A stretch of 63,956 bases of DNA, the filler included, from Octopus bimaculoides (Eukaryota), in assembly GCF_001194135.2 (NCBI RefSeq). It is 6 parts of 6 records of this genome, joined end to end, with 100 filler letters (N's around TTAATTAATTAA, not from the genome) between each part and the next. Parts side by side here need not be neighbours in the genome. Positions count along the whole stretch, not along the records: positions 51,549 to 59,761 come from NC_068988.1; positions 59,862 to 62,534 come from NW_026400102.1; positions 62,635 to 63,956 come from NW_026296437.1; 3 more parts are not named here. The stretch is one strand, 5' to 3'. Both the position numbers and the translations under genes were made by a program. The notes under the pieces are model-generated. The model made no database searches, was not told where the DNA came from, and saw only the letters and a list, made by a program, of their open reading frames with translations. Shown piece by piece: positions 52,871 through 63,956 of this stretch. The number at the start of each line of letters is the position of its first letter. The first letter of the stretch is position 1.

Positions 52871-53694
52871 TGTTCATGAAACTAAAGATTTCTAGATGGC
52901 ACCAACTTTCTAAACGGCTCAAAGACGGAATAAATGTGTTGACAATGAGGAAAAGGAAGTTTTACATTTTGTGCACGATCCTTTGTTTGGTGTCTGGTTG
53001 TACTGAACAGAAATATTAAGAGTAGTGAGAAACGAGTGAGTGAATGAACGAGCGGTATATGTATANNNNNNNNNNNNNNNNNNNNNNNNNNNNNNNNNNN
53101 NNNNNNNNNNNNNNNNNNNNNNNNNNNNNNNNNNNNNNNNNNNNNNNNNNNNNNNNNNNNNNNNNNNNNNNNNNNNNNNNNNNNNNNNNNNNNNNNNNNN
53201 NNNNNNNNNNNNNNNNNNNNNNNNNNNNNNNNNNNNNNNNNNNNNNNNNNNNNNNNNNNNNNNNNNNNNNNNNNNNNNNNNNNNNNNNNNNNNNNNNNNN
53301 NNNNNNNNNNNNNNNNNNNNNNNNATAGATTGATAGATAGAGATCGAGATAGAGGGGGAGAGGGAAGGAGAGAGCGTGAGAAGGGGAAATACCAGCAGTA
53401 CAAAAGAGAAAAAGTGAAAACTAATGAAAAAAAAAAGGAGGAAGAGATCACAAGGCAAAATGTGTTGGATGGCATCCCAAAAAGGGGAGATAATCACCGA
53501 GAATGCAGGTAAATTTGAGTTAGAGACACAGCATAAAAAAATTCAATAATGCAATATTTATGGATGTGAAATATAATAGTGAAGTATTCTAAATCTGTAC
53601 GAAAATCTTACGAGAAACGTATCAAGGTATTCAAGTGGTGGAACAAATAAAGACGTCGACAAATACGGGCAGGTTTAACGTATCTACCAGGTGC

Positions 53695-53875
53695 AGACGT
53701 AGGTGTGTGGTTAGAAGTTCCCTTCACAACCTCATGGCTCCGGGTGAGTCGCACTGTTTTCTAACTTGTGCAAGGGTTTTCTACTATAACCCCGGGCCAA
53801 CTAAAGCCTTGTGAGTGGATTTGGTATACGGAAACTGAAAGAAACCTGTCACACACATACACACATGTATGTATG

Positions 53876-53909
<34 letters not shown>

Positions 53910-54135
53910 TATGACAATGAATGTCTGTATCTTTCTCCTTGTGTCTATCCGTCACAGCCACCACTACCACCATCGCTTGACAATTGGTGTTAGTTTGTTT
54001 ACGTCCCCGTAACTTAGCGGTTCCACCAAAGAGATCAATGGAATAAGTACTAGTCTTAAAGAAATAAGTACGGGGGGGGGGCGATTTGTTCGGATAAACC
54101 TTTTAAGGTGGCGCTCCAACATGGCTGCAGTCCAA
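53695..54135 (+). mobile_element. SINE family A
   Basis: gtgtgtggttagaagtt...aaagccttgtgagtggatttggta.acggaaactgaaagaa...cgcttgacaattggtgtt...aataagtac. Confidence 0.8.
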
Positions 54136-54149
54136 TGATATCTCTCTGT

Positions 54150-55000
54150 AAGAACTTATGAAGAATAAATATTTTGATAACACACCACCACTTCCAGAAA
54201 CCATTTCCTGTGTAAGATTTGACCACGAAGGTATAGCAAAGTCAATGATACACTGGTGCTTTATTGTTTCTAACAAAATGCGTAGTACTAATAAAGAATT
54301 TCAAAACATTCTCAATAAAAAAGAATTAAAAAAAATTGACCCCAGTCGTGTTTTTAATAAACAAGTTTCAATGAAAACATGTTCAACGAATACGTAAACA
54401 AAAATGTACGAATAAAAACCTCAGCAAATAACGAAATATGTACAACAGAATTCCGGAAGAAACTGATCGAATGCCAAATACACAGATCAACAGACGATAT
54501 AGAAAAAACAAAACAAAAAAAAGGAACAAACAAACTACTACTGTAGATTCTATATTTAAAGAAAAAAATATTGATAAATCAATAAGTAAGAGCATTTATT
54601 AAGCAATATTCTCACAGCTATCGATAATATACTGGCATAACATTCGCGTCGAATATGAAACAACATAGAAAAGCTAAACATACCTTATAAAAGTAAAATA
54701 ATGTTATTTACACATGAATATAAATTGCTTAACCTCTCTTACCGTACACTCTATATAGATCAAATGGCACTTCTCAATCTTGAAATCAAATTTCACCTGC
54801 GAGGGAAATATGACCAAAACCAAAATAGGCAAATTCAAAAAGTATTCTAGCAATTCTTTAGAGAACCTTCGATGTAAATATATAATAAAAACGACTGACA
54901 CAAACGTCAATACTTCCTCCGGGGTAAAACGAATAAATAAAGATACCCACGTAACTATACAAAAAAGAATAAAACTACCGAACTAGAAATTCCAATAAAC
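54150..55000 (+). mobile_element. Possible heavily decayed Penelope-like RT-thumb/endonuclease
   Basis: Weak motifs only: KSMIHWCFIVSN, NNVIY, LYIDQ...LEIKFHLR. Confidence 0.35.
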
Positions 55001-56071
55001 TCTGCAAGATCTATATCAAGCGTGGGTAACATTTTTCGTGAAGCGGGCTGAATGAGAAATGGCTCATCATTAGTCGGGCTGCAGTAAAAAAGATTTAAGG
55101 TAATATTTCAGCCAATTTGCTCATGACTAAAAACATTTATAAAATCAAAATTAAAAAAAAAGAAAGAAAAAGATAAGAATAATTCATTTGTTTAATTCTG
55201 GATAAAAATAATAAGTTCAGAAAAATTAACAACTTTCTAAATGATAACAGCAAATTTACAAGAATTAAGAAGAATAGCACCTCATTAAAAAAATTAAGCG
55301 CAGCAAATTAATTAATGCTGCAAACGCACGTATAGGATCTATTCCATCACAGCTCTGAGAAGGAAGTTTCATTTCGTGATGGAGCGGTAAATATCCATAA
55401 ATAACATAACTCTCTCTGACTCATAAATCTCCAGATAAACAAAACAAATAAACATACAAGCAAACAAAATCAGCCATTAGACAAATATACACTAGAGAAA
55501 TAAACTGTTATGCTTACTACATTAAATTTGTTAATATTAACTAAATTATCGCTTTATCATGTGATGGTATCTTTAAGTAATTAATCTCAATAATTTATTA
55601 ATATGAATATTCTAGTTTTTTTTCACATCTGCTCTTGAACAATATTGTACATTTAAACATTAAATCTCACATCATTACTTCAACAAGTACGTATTGATAT
55701 GATTCATTGAGGAGGTGAAATAAGACTGAGACAAGTCCGATGTTGTCTCCCCTTCTTGTCGAAATGATTAAAATACCAGTCATTGAGCTGATGTTGTCTT
55801 TTCTTCATCACCTAAGTGTTTACAAATATGCTTTTGATGCTCACGGTAGTTTTTGAACACTAACCTACGCTCAAAGACCAAGTAGGTTATATTTTTGTCT
55901 TATATTAGAAATATTTCCATGAACTTGGTCGCGGAGAGCCTGTTGCTTTCGATGGGCCTGTTGGGCTCGAAGTGCCACCAGACGCTACCTCACGATGGAA
56001 TCAAGCGAAACAATTTCAAACAGCGTATTTAAACCTTACCCACCCATTTTCNNNNNNNNNNGGTGATGATG

Positions 56072-56230
56072 ATACTGGTGGTGGTTATGGTGGTGATAAT
56101 GATAGTGGATATGGTGATGGTAGTGGTGGTGATAGCGGTGGTGATGGTGATACTGGTGATGGTGGTTATGATGGTAGTGGTGGTGGTGGTGGTGGTGGTA
56201 GTGGTAGACGTGGTGGTTGTGGTGGTAGTA
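56072..56230. repeat. (GGT/GAT)n trinucleotide repeat
   Basis: Direct inspection; source of the poly-G, poly-T and poly-V ORFs. Confidence 0.9.
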
Positions 56231-56629
56231 GTAAACATGCTTAATATTATGAGCTAAACTTGACTTTCTATCAATTAAAAAAGATTACATGTGACGACGA
56301 AGAGAAATATGATTAGCTTCGTAAGAGAGGCAAGAAAGATAACTCTGAGTGATCTTTATATATTACGAAAACGTATGACTGAACAATGGATATTTTGGCT
56401 CTTTACAGTTTTTTTCCTATTTTAACTTTGTTTCTTGAAACAAATGTAACCTTTTCTGTCGATTATCTTTTTATAAACATGTCCTCTTGACATTTGCAGT
56501 AAAATACGTTGACCTTACCTAGCCATTGTTCATATTCTATAAGCTAATATTATATAACAAAAAGAAAGAGAAACTATTGGGCCTATAATGGAATAAATAT
56601 ATTTCATTATTTATATATAAGCTAAGGTG

Positions 56630-57900
56630 ACAAGCTGACAGAATAGTTAGTTGACACACGGACAAAATGCTCGACGGTGTTTCCTCAGGCTTTTTACGTT
56701 CTGAGTTCAAATTTCGCTGAGGTCGACTTTGACTTTTATCTCTTTCGGGGGTTCAATGAAATAAAGTTTCTGTTGAGCATTGGGGTCGATGTAATCGACT
56801 ACTTCCCTCCGACGGACTTTTAAGCCTTATGCTTAAAGTAGAAAAGAATTGATATATTTAGCTCGTAAATCAGCAGAATTGTTAAAGCATCGAACGACTT
56901 ACCTTGCGATATAATATATATTTCAGTTTCTTTCGTCAAGGGTTCAAATCCGACCGAGGTCAATATTTCCTTTCATCCAATCAATAAATGAAATATCGCC
57001 CTTAGATGATGAATTCGTTGAATCAATACAACGTCGAATGGCAATCCTTGCATTTACTCCAGAAACTCGGATTCTGAGTTCAAATTTCGTCAAAATCAAG
57101 TTTGCCATTCATCCTTTCATGGTCGTTAAATCATGTTCCAGTATAGAAGAATTAACTGCTCTGATCAATACAGCATTAGACGAGGTAATTTTTTTGTTTG
57201 TTTTTGCTGTGGTTCTTTTGCGATCTGAGTTCAAATCCCGTCGAGATCAATTTGCCTTTCAACTGCCCGGCGTCGATAAATAAAGTAGCAGTCCGGCATA
57301 GTGGACTAGCAGAATCGTTAAAGAATCAAACGGAAGACAGCAAGCTGACAGAATCGTTAGCACGCCGGGCGAAATGCTTAGCGATGTTTCGTCTGCCGCT
57401 ACGTTCTGAGTTCAAATTTCGCCGAGGTCGACTTTGCTTTTCATCCTTTCGGGGTCGATAAATTAAGTACCAGTTACGCACTGGGGTCGATATAACCGAC
57501 TTAATCCGTTTGTTGTCCTTGTTTGTCTCCTCTGTGTGTAGCACCTTGTGGGCAGTAAAGAAATAAGAAACGTTAGCACGCCGGGCGAAATGCTTAGCGG
57601 TATTTGGTCTGTCTTTATGGTCTGAGTTCAAATTCCGCCGAGGTTGACTTTGCCTTTCATCCTTTAGGGGTCGATAAATTAAGTACCAGTTGCATACTAG
57701 GATCCATCTAATCGACTGGTCCTCTCCCCCAAAATTTCGGACCTTGTGCTTAGAATAGAAAAGACAAGAATTTCGTGCATTCAAATTCCGCTGAGGTCGA
57801 CTTTACCTTTTATCTTTCAGGGTCGATGAAATAAGTACCAATTGCGTACTGGGGTCGATGTAATGGATCAGCTCCGACCCCTCTTTGTGCTTATAGCAAA
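56630..57900 (+). mobile_element. Cluster of about seven same-orientation SINE family C copies
   Basis: The (tt)ctgagttcaaat/ggttcaaat B-box core recurs near 56700, 56942, 57073, 57222, 57405, 57622 and 57781. Confidence 0.8.
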
Positions 57901-58022
57901 AAGGATATTAGAAAATCAAACCGACTTGTCGTAGGTTTTGAATTTTGTCTGTCTTCTTCTATTTTTCACCGTTTCTTTATTCTGATTTCTTTTCTTGCCT
58001 TAATTCCTTCCTTCCTATCTCA

Positions 58023-58094
<72 letters not shown>

Positions 58095-58504
58095 ATTCCT
58101 TCGCCCTCTCTGTCGCTCACTCTTCCCCCTCCTCTCTCTTTCTCTCTTTGCTTTTTTTCTTTTCTCTTCTTTTTTCTTACTCATTCCTATTCTTTCTTAT
58201 TCCAGGTCTTTATTGTCCTTCCTTCTTCTTTGATTCTTATTCATTCTTACACTTCCATTCTCTGTCCTTCAAACCCCATCACACACACATGCACACACAC
58301 ACTCTCCCTCTGTCTCTGTCTCTCTCTCTCTCTCTCTCGCGTGCCCCTTCCCTCTTTTCCCTTTTTCTATAACTCTTCTTCACTTTCTTTCTCCTTCCCT
58401 TTCTCTCTTTTTATTTCTCTATTTACTCGAATTCTTCGTTTTTCTTGTTCATCTCCCTCAAACTGAACTTCAGTCATACTTGCATTATTCATTACATGCA
58501 TATG

Positions 58505-58550
<46 letters not shown>

Positions 58551-59559
58551 GAGAGAGAGGGAGGGAGAGAGAGAGAGAACACACACACACATACGTATAC
58601 AACCATAAAATAACAATAAATGTCATCAAGAGAAGTTAACTAGACTTTTTATTTTGTTAGTTGTATCATTGATATCTGTTCATTTATTGAAGTGATTAAC
58701 ATAATGTATAAAAGTCACGTACTTCGAGAAACAAGCGGTGCCAAATGGAAACCAGAATTTGCCAAACACTGAACAACTCTTGCAGCATAAGCAATATAAT
58801 GCGAAGAACAATTTGTAATGCAGAAATGCTTGCAGTTTTAATGCGGTTTAGTTGGACTTCCAACATTCTATGAACAGAGTAATGAAGCAAACGAAGGAAT
58901 CACTATCTGACCGGATTCCAAACTGTGTGAAAAATAAACGGAACCCTGGGAATACTGCTAATCAAGATATTTCTTTCGCTGTTTGTCTTATGTGTTGATA
59001 TACAGCAGATGTTCTCGCGGCCGGTATTCTCACGGGAATAGCGGTGCAAGCGACAGCAAGAGGAGTAAGAGCTGTACCAGCGTTCAGGTGATATTCATTT
59101 TCAGGTGTGTAGATTGAAGCAACGCTTAATGAAACCCTTTCCTCAAAGATACGACAATGCGCTTCCCGGTCTAGGAATTGAACCCACGACATTTGATCAT
59201 GAGCCTAATACCCTAAAAACAATATGCATATTTATATATACTTTTATTAAAGCTGCAAAGACATCCGCGTGGGACTCGAATCCACATCCCTTTGTTAACG
59301 TGTCTAAGTGTGTTACCATTACACAGCGAATTAGCCATTTTCGGTTGAGGGCTTATATACCCCATTATTAGACTATTTTTCTTAGTCATTGTACGGTGAT
59401 CGCTATGAGATTTAGGCTTATATAAATACCATCATTATTATTTACAGGATTGTAAACTCCAGCACCGTATAACAAAACCATTTGCACCGAAAGCACATAG
59501 AAAGTTTGTTTATAAAAACAACTACGAACTAATATAGTTTTTAAATTTGAGAGAAACAG

Positions 59560-59740
59560 GGAGGCTAATTCGCTGTGTAACACACATAGTCGTGTTAACA
59601 AAGAGATGTGGGTTCGAGTCCCACACGGATATAGAAAAGCCTACTTTTTCTGTCGAGGGCTTATATGCCCCATTATTAAACTATTTTTCTTAGTCATTGC
59701 ACGGGGATCGCTATAAGCTTTAGGCTTATACAAATACCAT
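59560..59740 (+). mobile_element. SINE family E
   Basis: ggctaattcgctgtgtaa...gatgtgggttcgagtcccac head followed by the gagggcttatatgcccc...ttagtcattgcacgg body. Confidence 0.6.
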
Positions 59741-59761
59741 ATATATATATATATATATATA

Positions 59762-59861
59762 NNNNNNNNNNNNNNNNNNNNNNNNNNNNNNNNNNNNNNN
59801 NNNNNTTAATTAATTAANNNNNNNNNNNNNNNNNNNNNNNNNNNNNNNNNNNNNNNNNNNN
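59762..59861. other. Artificial scaffold spacer
   Basis: 44 N + TTAATTAATTAA (59806-59817) + 44 N. Confidence 0.95.
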
Positions 59862-60140
59862 GTTCGCCACCATCCCCTGCCGGAGCCTCATGGAACTTTA
59901 TGTGTTTTCACTCAATAAACACTCACAACGCCCGGTCTGGAAATCGAAACCGCGAGTCCGCTGCCCTAACCACTGGGCCATTGCGCCTCCACATACACAT
60001 ATATATGTATATATATGTATGTGTATATATATATATGTATATATATAGATATACATACATACATATATATATATACATATACATATATATATACATATAT
60101 ATATATACACATACATATATATACATATATATGTGTATGT

Positions 60141-60503
60141 GGAGGCGCAATGGCCCAGTGGTTAGGGCAGCGGACTCGCGGTTTCGATTTCCAGACCGGG
60201 CGTTGTGAGTGTTTATTGAGTGAAAACACATAAAGTTCCATGAGGCTCCGGCAGGGGATGGTGGCGAACCCTGCTGTACTCTTTCACCACAACTTCCCTC
60301 ACTCTTTCTTCCTGTTTCTGCTGTACCTGTAATTGAAAGGGTCAGCCTTGTCACACTGTGTCACGCTGAATATCCCCGAGAACTACGTTAAGGGTACACG
60401 TGTCTGTGGAGTGCTCAGCCACTTGCACGTTAATTTCACGAGCAAGCTGTTCCGTTGATCGGATCAACTGGAACCCTTGACGTCATAAGCGACGGAGTGC
60501 TAA
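60141..60503 (+). mobile_element. SINE family B (CpG-intact copy); its first 129 bp are mirrored at 59862-59990
   Basis: Colinear with 9005-9383. Confidence 0.9.
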
Positions 60504-60588
60504 CAACAACAACAGCAACAACATATGTGTATATATACAACACACACACACACATATATGTGTATATATATATATGTGTGTTTATGAG

Positions 60589-60930
60589 TGAAGGCGCACG
60601 GCTCAGTGGTCAGAGCGTCGAGCTTACAATCGCGAGGTTGTGAATTTGAATCCTGGACCGGGCTGCCTGTCGTGTTCTTGAGCAAGACATTTTATTTCAC
60701 GCTGCTCCAGTTCACTCAGCTGTAGAAATGAGTTGCGACATCACTGGTGCCAAGCTGTATCGGCCTTTGCCTTTCCTTTGCTTTTCCATGACATCAGTGG
60801 CATGGAGAGGGGAGGCTGGTATGCATGGGCGACTGTTGGCCTCCACAAACAACCTTGCCCAGATTTGTGCCTTGGAGGGTAACTTTCTAGATGCAATCCC
60901 ATAGTCAGTCGTGACCAAAGTGGGTCTCCG
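60589..60930 (+). mobile_element. tRNA-derived SINE, family F
   Basis: A-box GGCTCAGTGG, B-box-like GAATTTGAATCC, central gtgttcttgagcaagacatttt. Confidence 0.7.
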
Positions 60931-61279
60931 TATANNNNNNNNNNNNNNNNNNNNNNNNNNNNNNNNNNNNNNNNNNNNNNNNNNNNNNNNNNNNNNNNNN
61001 NNNNNNNNNNNNNNNNNNNNNNNNNNNNNNNNNNNNNNNNNNNNNNNNNNNNNNNNNNNNNNNNNNNNNNNNNNNNNNNNNNNNNNNNNNNNNNNNNNNN
61101 NNNNNNNNNNNNNNNNNNNNNNNNNNNNNNNNNNNNNNNNNNNNNNNNNNNNNNNNNNNNNNNNNNNNNNNNNNTATATATATATACATATACATAGGCA
61201 TACATATATATATATACATACACATATACATATCTTAACATGTTGGAAGTGTGAACAGGTGAAGCATGCCTAAAAAACG

Positions 61280-62534
61280 AACATGACAACCTCCCTCTTC
61301 TTTTCAGGCACTGAATAACATCTCTCCTCCCCAGGCCTCACTCCACATTCCTTCCCAGTTTTCAGAGTTGGCACAGTCAATGTAGGTACACTGAAAGGTT
61401 GGTCTAGTGAAATTTTAGAGATGCTTGAAAGGAGACGTATCGGTGTATGCTGCATACAAGAGGTAACATCGAGAGGAGCTTCAGCTAGGGTGCACAGGCA
61501 AGGCACATAGGTATAAAATCTTCTGGCAAGATAACATGGATGGAGTAGGGTGTGTAGGCATACTCCTTGCAGAGAAATGGGTAAATAAAGTCAAAGAGGT
61601 TGTCAGGGTATGTGATAGAGTGCTTAAGCCCAGGCTAGTCCTGCCGAACAGCACAGCTACAATTATCTCAGCCTATGCCCCACAAGCAGGATTACCAAAT
61701 GACCTCATCTTTGCGGATGGAGATTTTAATGAGCATGTTGTATCTTCACTGGTGTACACTGAATGAAGCAATGGAATTGGTTCCCGAAACGATGAGGGAA
61801 CTAGGCTACTGGGGTTCTGTGATGCATGTAACCTTTTAATCTGCAAACTTCAGGAAGCCAGACAGCTACCTAATAACTTATCAATCAGGTGATTCTGCTA
61901 GCCAGATTGATTTCATCCTCACCAGACAGTGGGATGCAGGGTTGCTCTTAAATACAAAGACCCTCCCAGGTGAAGAATGTTCCCCCCAGCATAGACTAGT
62001 CATTAGTGAGTTGAGGCTCGAGGCCAGAAGGATGCCAAGAAGCAGACCAATCCAGAAAAGAAGGATTTGGAAGCTAAAGAACTCTTCCCATGGTCAGAAA
62101 TTTAGGGACATCCTCATCAAGAAATTTGATGAGAGGGAGGAGGAGCTACAGACCTCAGACATAGAAGCTAGCTGGAAATTCCTACGAGACAGCTTACTGA
62201 GTGCCACAGACCAAGTCTGCAGATGATGCATAGTCCCTTCTAGACCTAGAGTAAAGTGGTAGTGGAATAATACAGTAGACAAAGCCATTAGAGCAAAGAA
62301 ACAGGCCTGGAAAGCCTGGAAGGGTGGAGGTAGCAGGGAACTGTACCAGACAGCCAGAAGGGAGGCTGGGCAACAGGTATACATAGCCAAGAGCTAAGCA
62401 GAAGAGAAGTTTACCAATGTCCAGCCATGTGAGGACCAAAGAACTGAAGTATTTCGGATTGCAAGACAGTGTGTGAGAGAAGATAGTGATGTCATAGGAG
62501 AGAAATGTGTCCGCATGGATGATGGTGCACTTGC
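61280..62534 (+). mobile_element. RTE-clade LINE fragment (AP endonuclease and linker), decayed
   Basis: RVGTVNVGTL, VCCIQE, GVGCVGILL, IISAYAPQAG, GDFNEHV, EECSPQHRLVISEL, WWNN-like linker; stops and frameshifts; cut by the spacer. Confidence 0.9.
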
Positions 62535-62634
62535 NNNNNNNNNNNNNNNNNNNNNNNNNNNNNNNNNNNNNNNNNNNNTTAATTAATTAANNNNNNNNNN
62601 NNNNNNNNNNNNNNNNNNNNNNNNNNNNNNNNNN
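62535..62634. other. Artificial scaffold spacer
   Basis: 44 N + TTAATTAATTAA (62579-62590) + 44 N. Confidence 0.95.
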
Positions 62635-63020
62635 TGGGTTGAAGTGTTTCCAGTGCATTGATAGAGAGGGAAGGTTTGGTATTTAGGGGTTTTGTCCACG
62701 AGGCATTGGTCTTTTCCTAGTGGTGGGTTCCCGGATTTGTTGTCTGTGCACCGTAAGTCTGTCCCTCAAAGTTAAGCTTGTTTGACCAATGTAGTCTCCA
62801 TCACAACCTCCACATTTAAGAACATAGATTAGGTTCTTCGAAGCACAGGTGAAGTCATATTTTATGGTAAAAGTTTGTCCTGACTTAAATTTGTATGTTG
62901 AGCCCTCTAAGATAAAGGTGCAAATTCCACAGTTAGGGCGGTTGCACTTTTTGACTTGTGGGGTTGTATTTTTGGTGGGTAATTTGGCGCTGGTGAGTAA
63001 TTTTTTTTTAGATTGTGGGT
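62635..63020 (-). mobile_element. Penelope-like GIY-YIG fragment (Neptune-like)
   Basis: Minus strand NLKKLLTSAKL...KCNRPNCGIC...(frameshift)FTCASKNLIYVLKCGGCDGDYIGQTSLTLRDRLTVHRQQI. Confidence 0.85.
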
Positions 63021-63059
63021 GTCAAAATGACGCTCGACAAAATCTAACATGAACTGCAA

Positions 63060-63956
63060 GATATTAATTGAAAACTCACACTCCTACCGGACAAACTCGA
63101 CAAATCACAATGCAAAGAAATATTCCCGGAAAAAGGAAGATCCCTATAGACAGAAATAAATGAACCCGTCGAAAAAAATCAAAATCTGTAAAGCATTTGA
63201 AACCTCGCTAATGCACAGACCTAAAAATAACCCTAATTCTGGAACGGAAAACAATAACTTCATCTGTCAAAAGCACTCCGATATCAAGAAAGCTATCTTT
63301 CAAGTATGGACCAAAAATCCTAAATTCGCTTTCTGGAACATGGTCAAGAACTCCAATAAAGCAAAGATATACGAAAAATGGCTCAATTCAACTTCTTATA
63401 TTCTCCTCAGAAAGCTACAAATTAAATCCATCCCCAACGAACCAGCAAAACAGAGAGCACCGAAAGAAAAAATGGTTTTGGAGAACTTCAAAATTGAGAC
63501 AGAACTTCTGAAACTCAGAGTTCAAACCCACGAAGAAAAACTTACCTCAATTGATGAAGAAACGAAGGCTGAAATCGCAAAAAAAGCCCTAGGGGAACTT
63601 TTTGAAAAAACCATTCTCCCATAGAAAAAGGACTTTGAACACGATGAAGTAATCTCCCTTCAATGATGGGAAAAAATAACGATTGGTTCAGTCACTACGA
63701 GGAAAAATTCAAGGAGGAATACCAATCGGATAACCCCTTCTTGAAAAAAACTAAAAGCCATGAGATCCATACAACCGAAAGGAAGTCACTACCGGAACAA
63801 TACCAGAATGACCGTTCAGAACCAAGGATAACCCTCCCTAGGACTCCAAACACTCATCAAAGGCACAAAATGGAACACTCATAACTGTTTTCTTTTAGAA
63901 CTTCATTGCATGAGATTGATACCATGAAATTCTTCGAATTGATCTCTATTATTTAA
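63060..63956 (+). mobile_element. Disrupted retroelement ORF1/N-terminal-like coding relic, clade unresolved
   Basis: Intronless charged helical reading frame (AFWNMVKNSNKAKIYEKWL...ETELLKLR) broken by a stop and a frameshift; resembles invertebrate non-LTR N-termini as I recall them. Confidence 0.4.

Noticed and set aside
56630-57900. CRISPR-like repeat-spacer array
   Set aside because: Eukaryotic context; units are diverged SINE copies of variable length, with no cas genes.

Overview
This is gappy eukaryotic genomic DNA: AT-rich, dense in microsatellites, and carrying tRNA-derived SINE families typical of Octopus. The species is inferred, probably a short-read octopus assembly. Five identical 100-bp spacers (44 N + TTAATTAATTAA + 44 N) show that the window is six joined scaffolds: 1-27154, 27255-41758, 41859-51448, 51549-59761, 59862-62534 and 62635-63956. 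Only the first holds a recognisable host gene, on the + strand. Five coding exons (11839-11965, 13121-13316, 14466-15281, 21071-21723, 26797->27154) join through GT-AG introns with matching phases (1,2,2,1) into one open frame of about 716 codons. The product is a mitochondrial presequence-like N-terminus, an intact HAD phosphatase domain, a catalytically degenerate second HAD domain, a second presequence-like linker, and the N-terminus of choline dehydrogenase (CHDH). It is cut off by the first scaffold join. This HAD-HAD-CHDH fusion is the main candidate novel system, possibly coupling phosphocholine dephosphorylation to glycine-betaine synthesis. The intron between the HAD and CHDH parts carries a sense-strand, hammerhead-ribozyme-like motif with core substitutions. 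The rest of the window is repeats: SINEs, MITEs, RTE LINE fragments, and Penelope-like GIY-YIG fragments with degenerate hammerheads. All calls were made by eye; no database searches were run.
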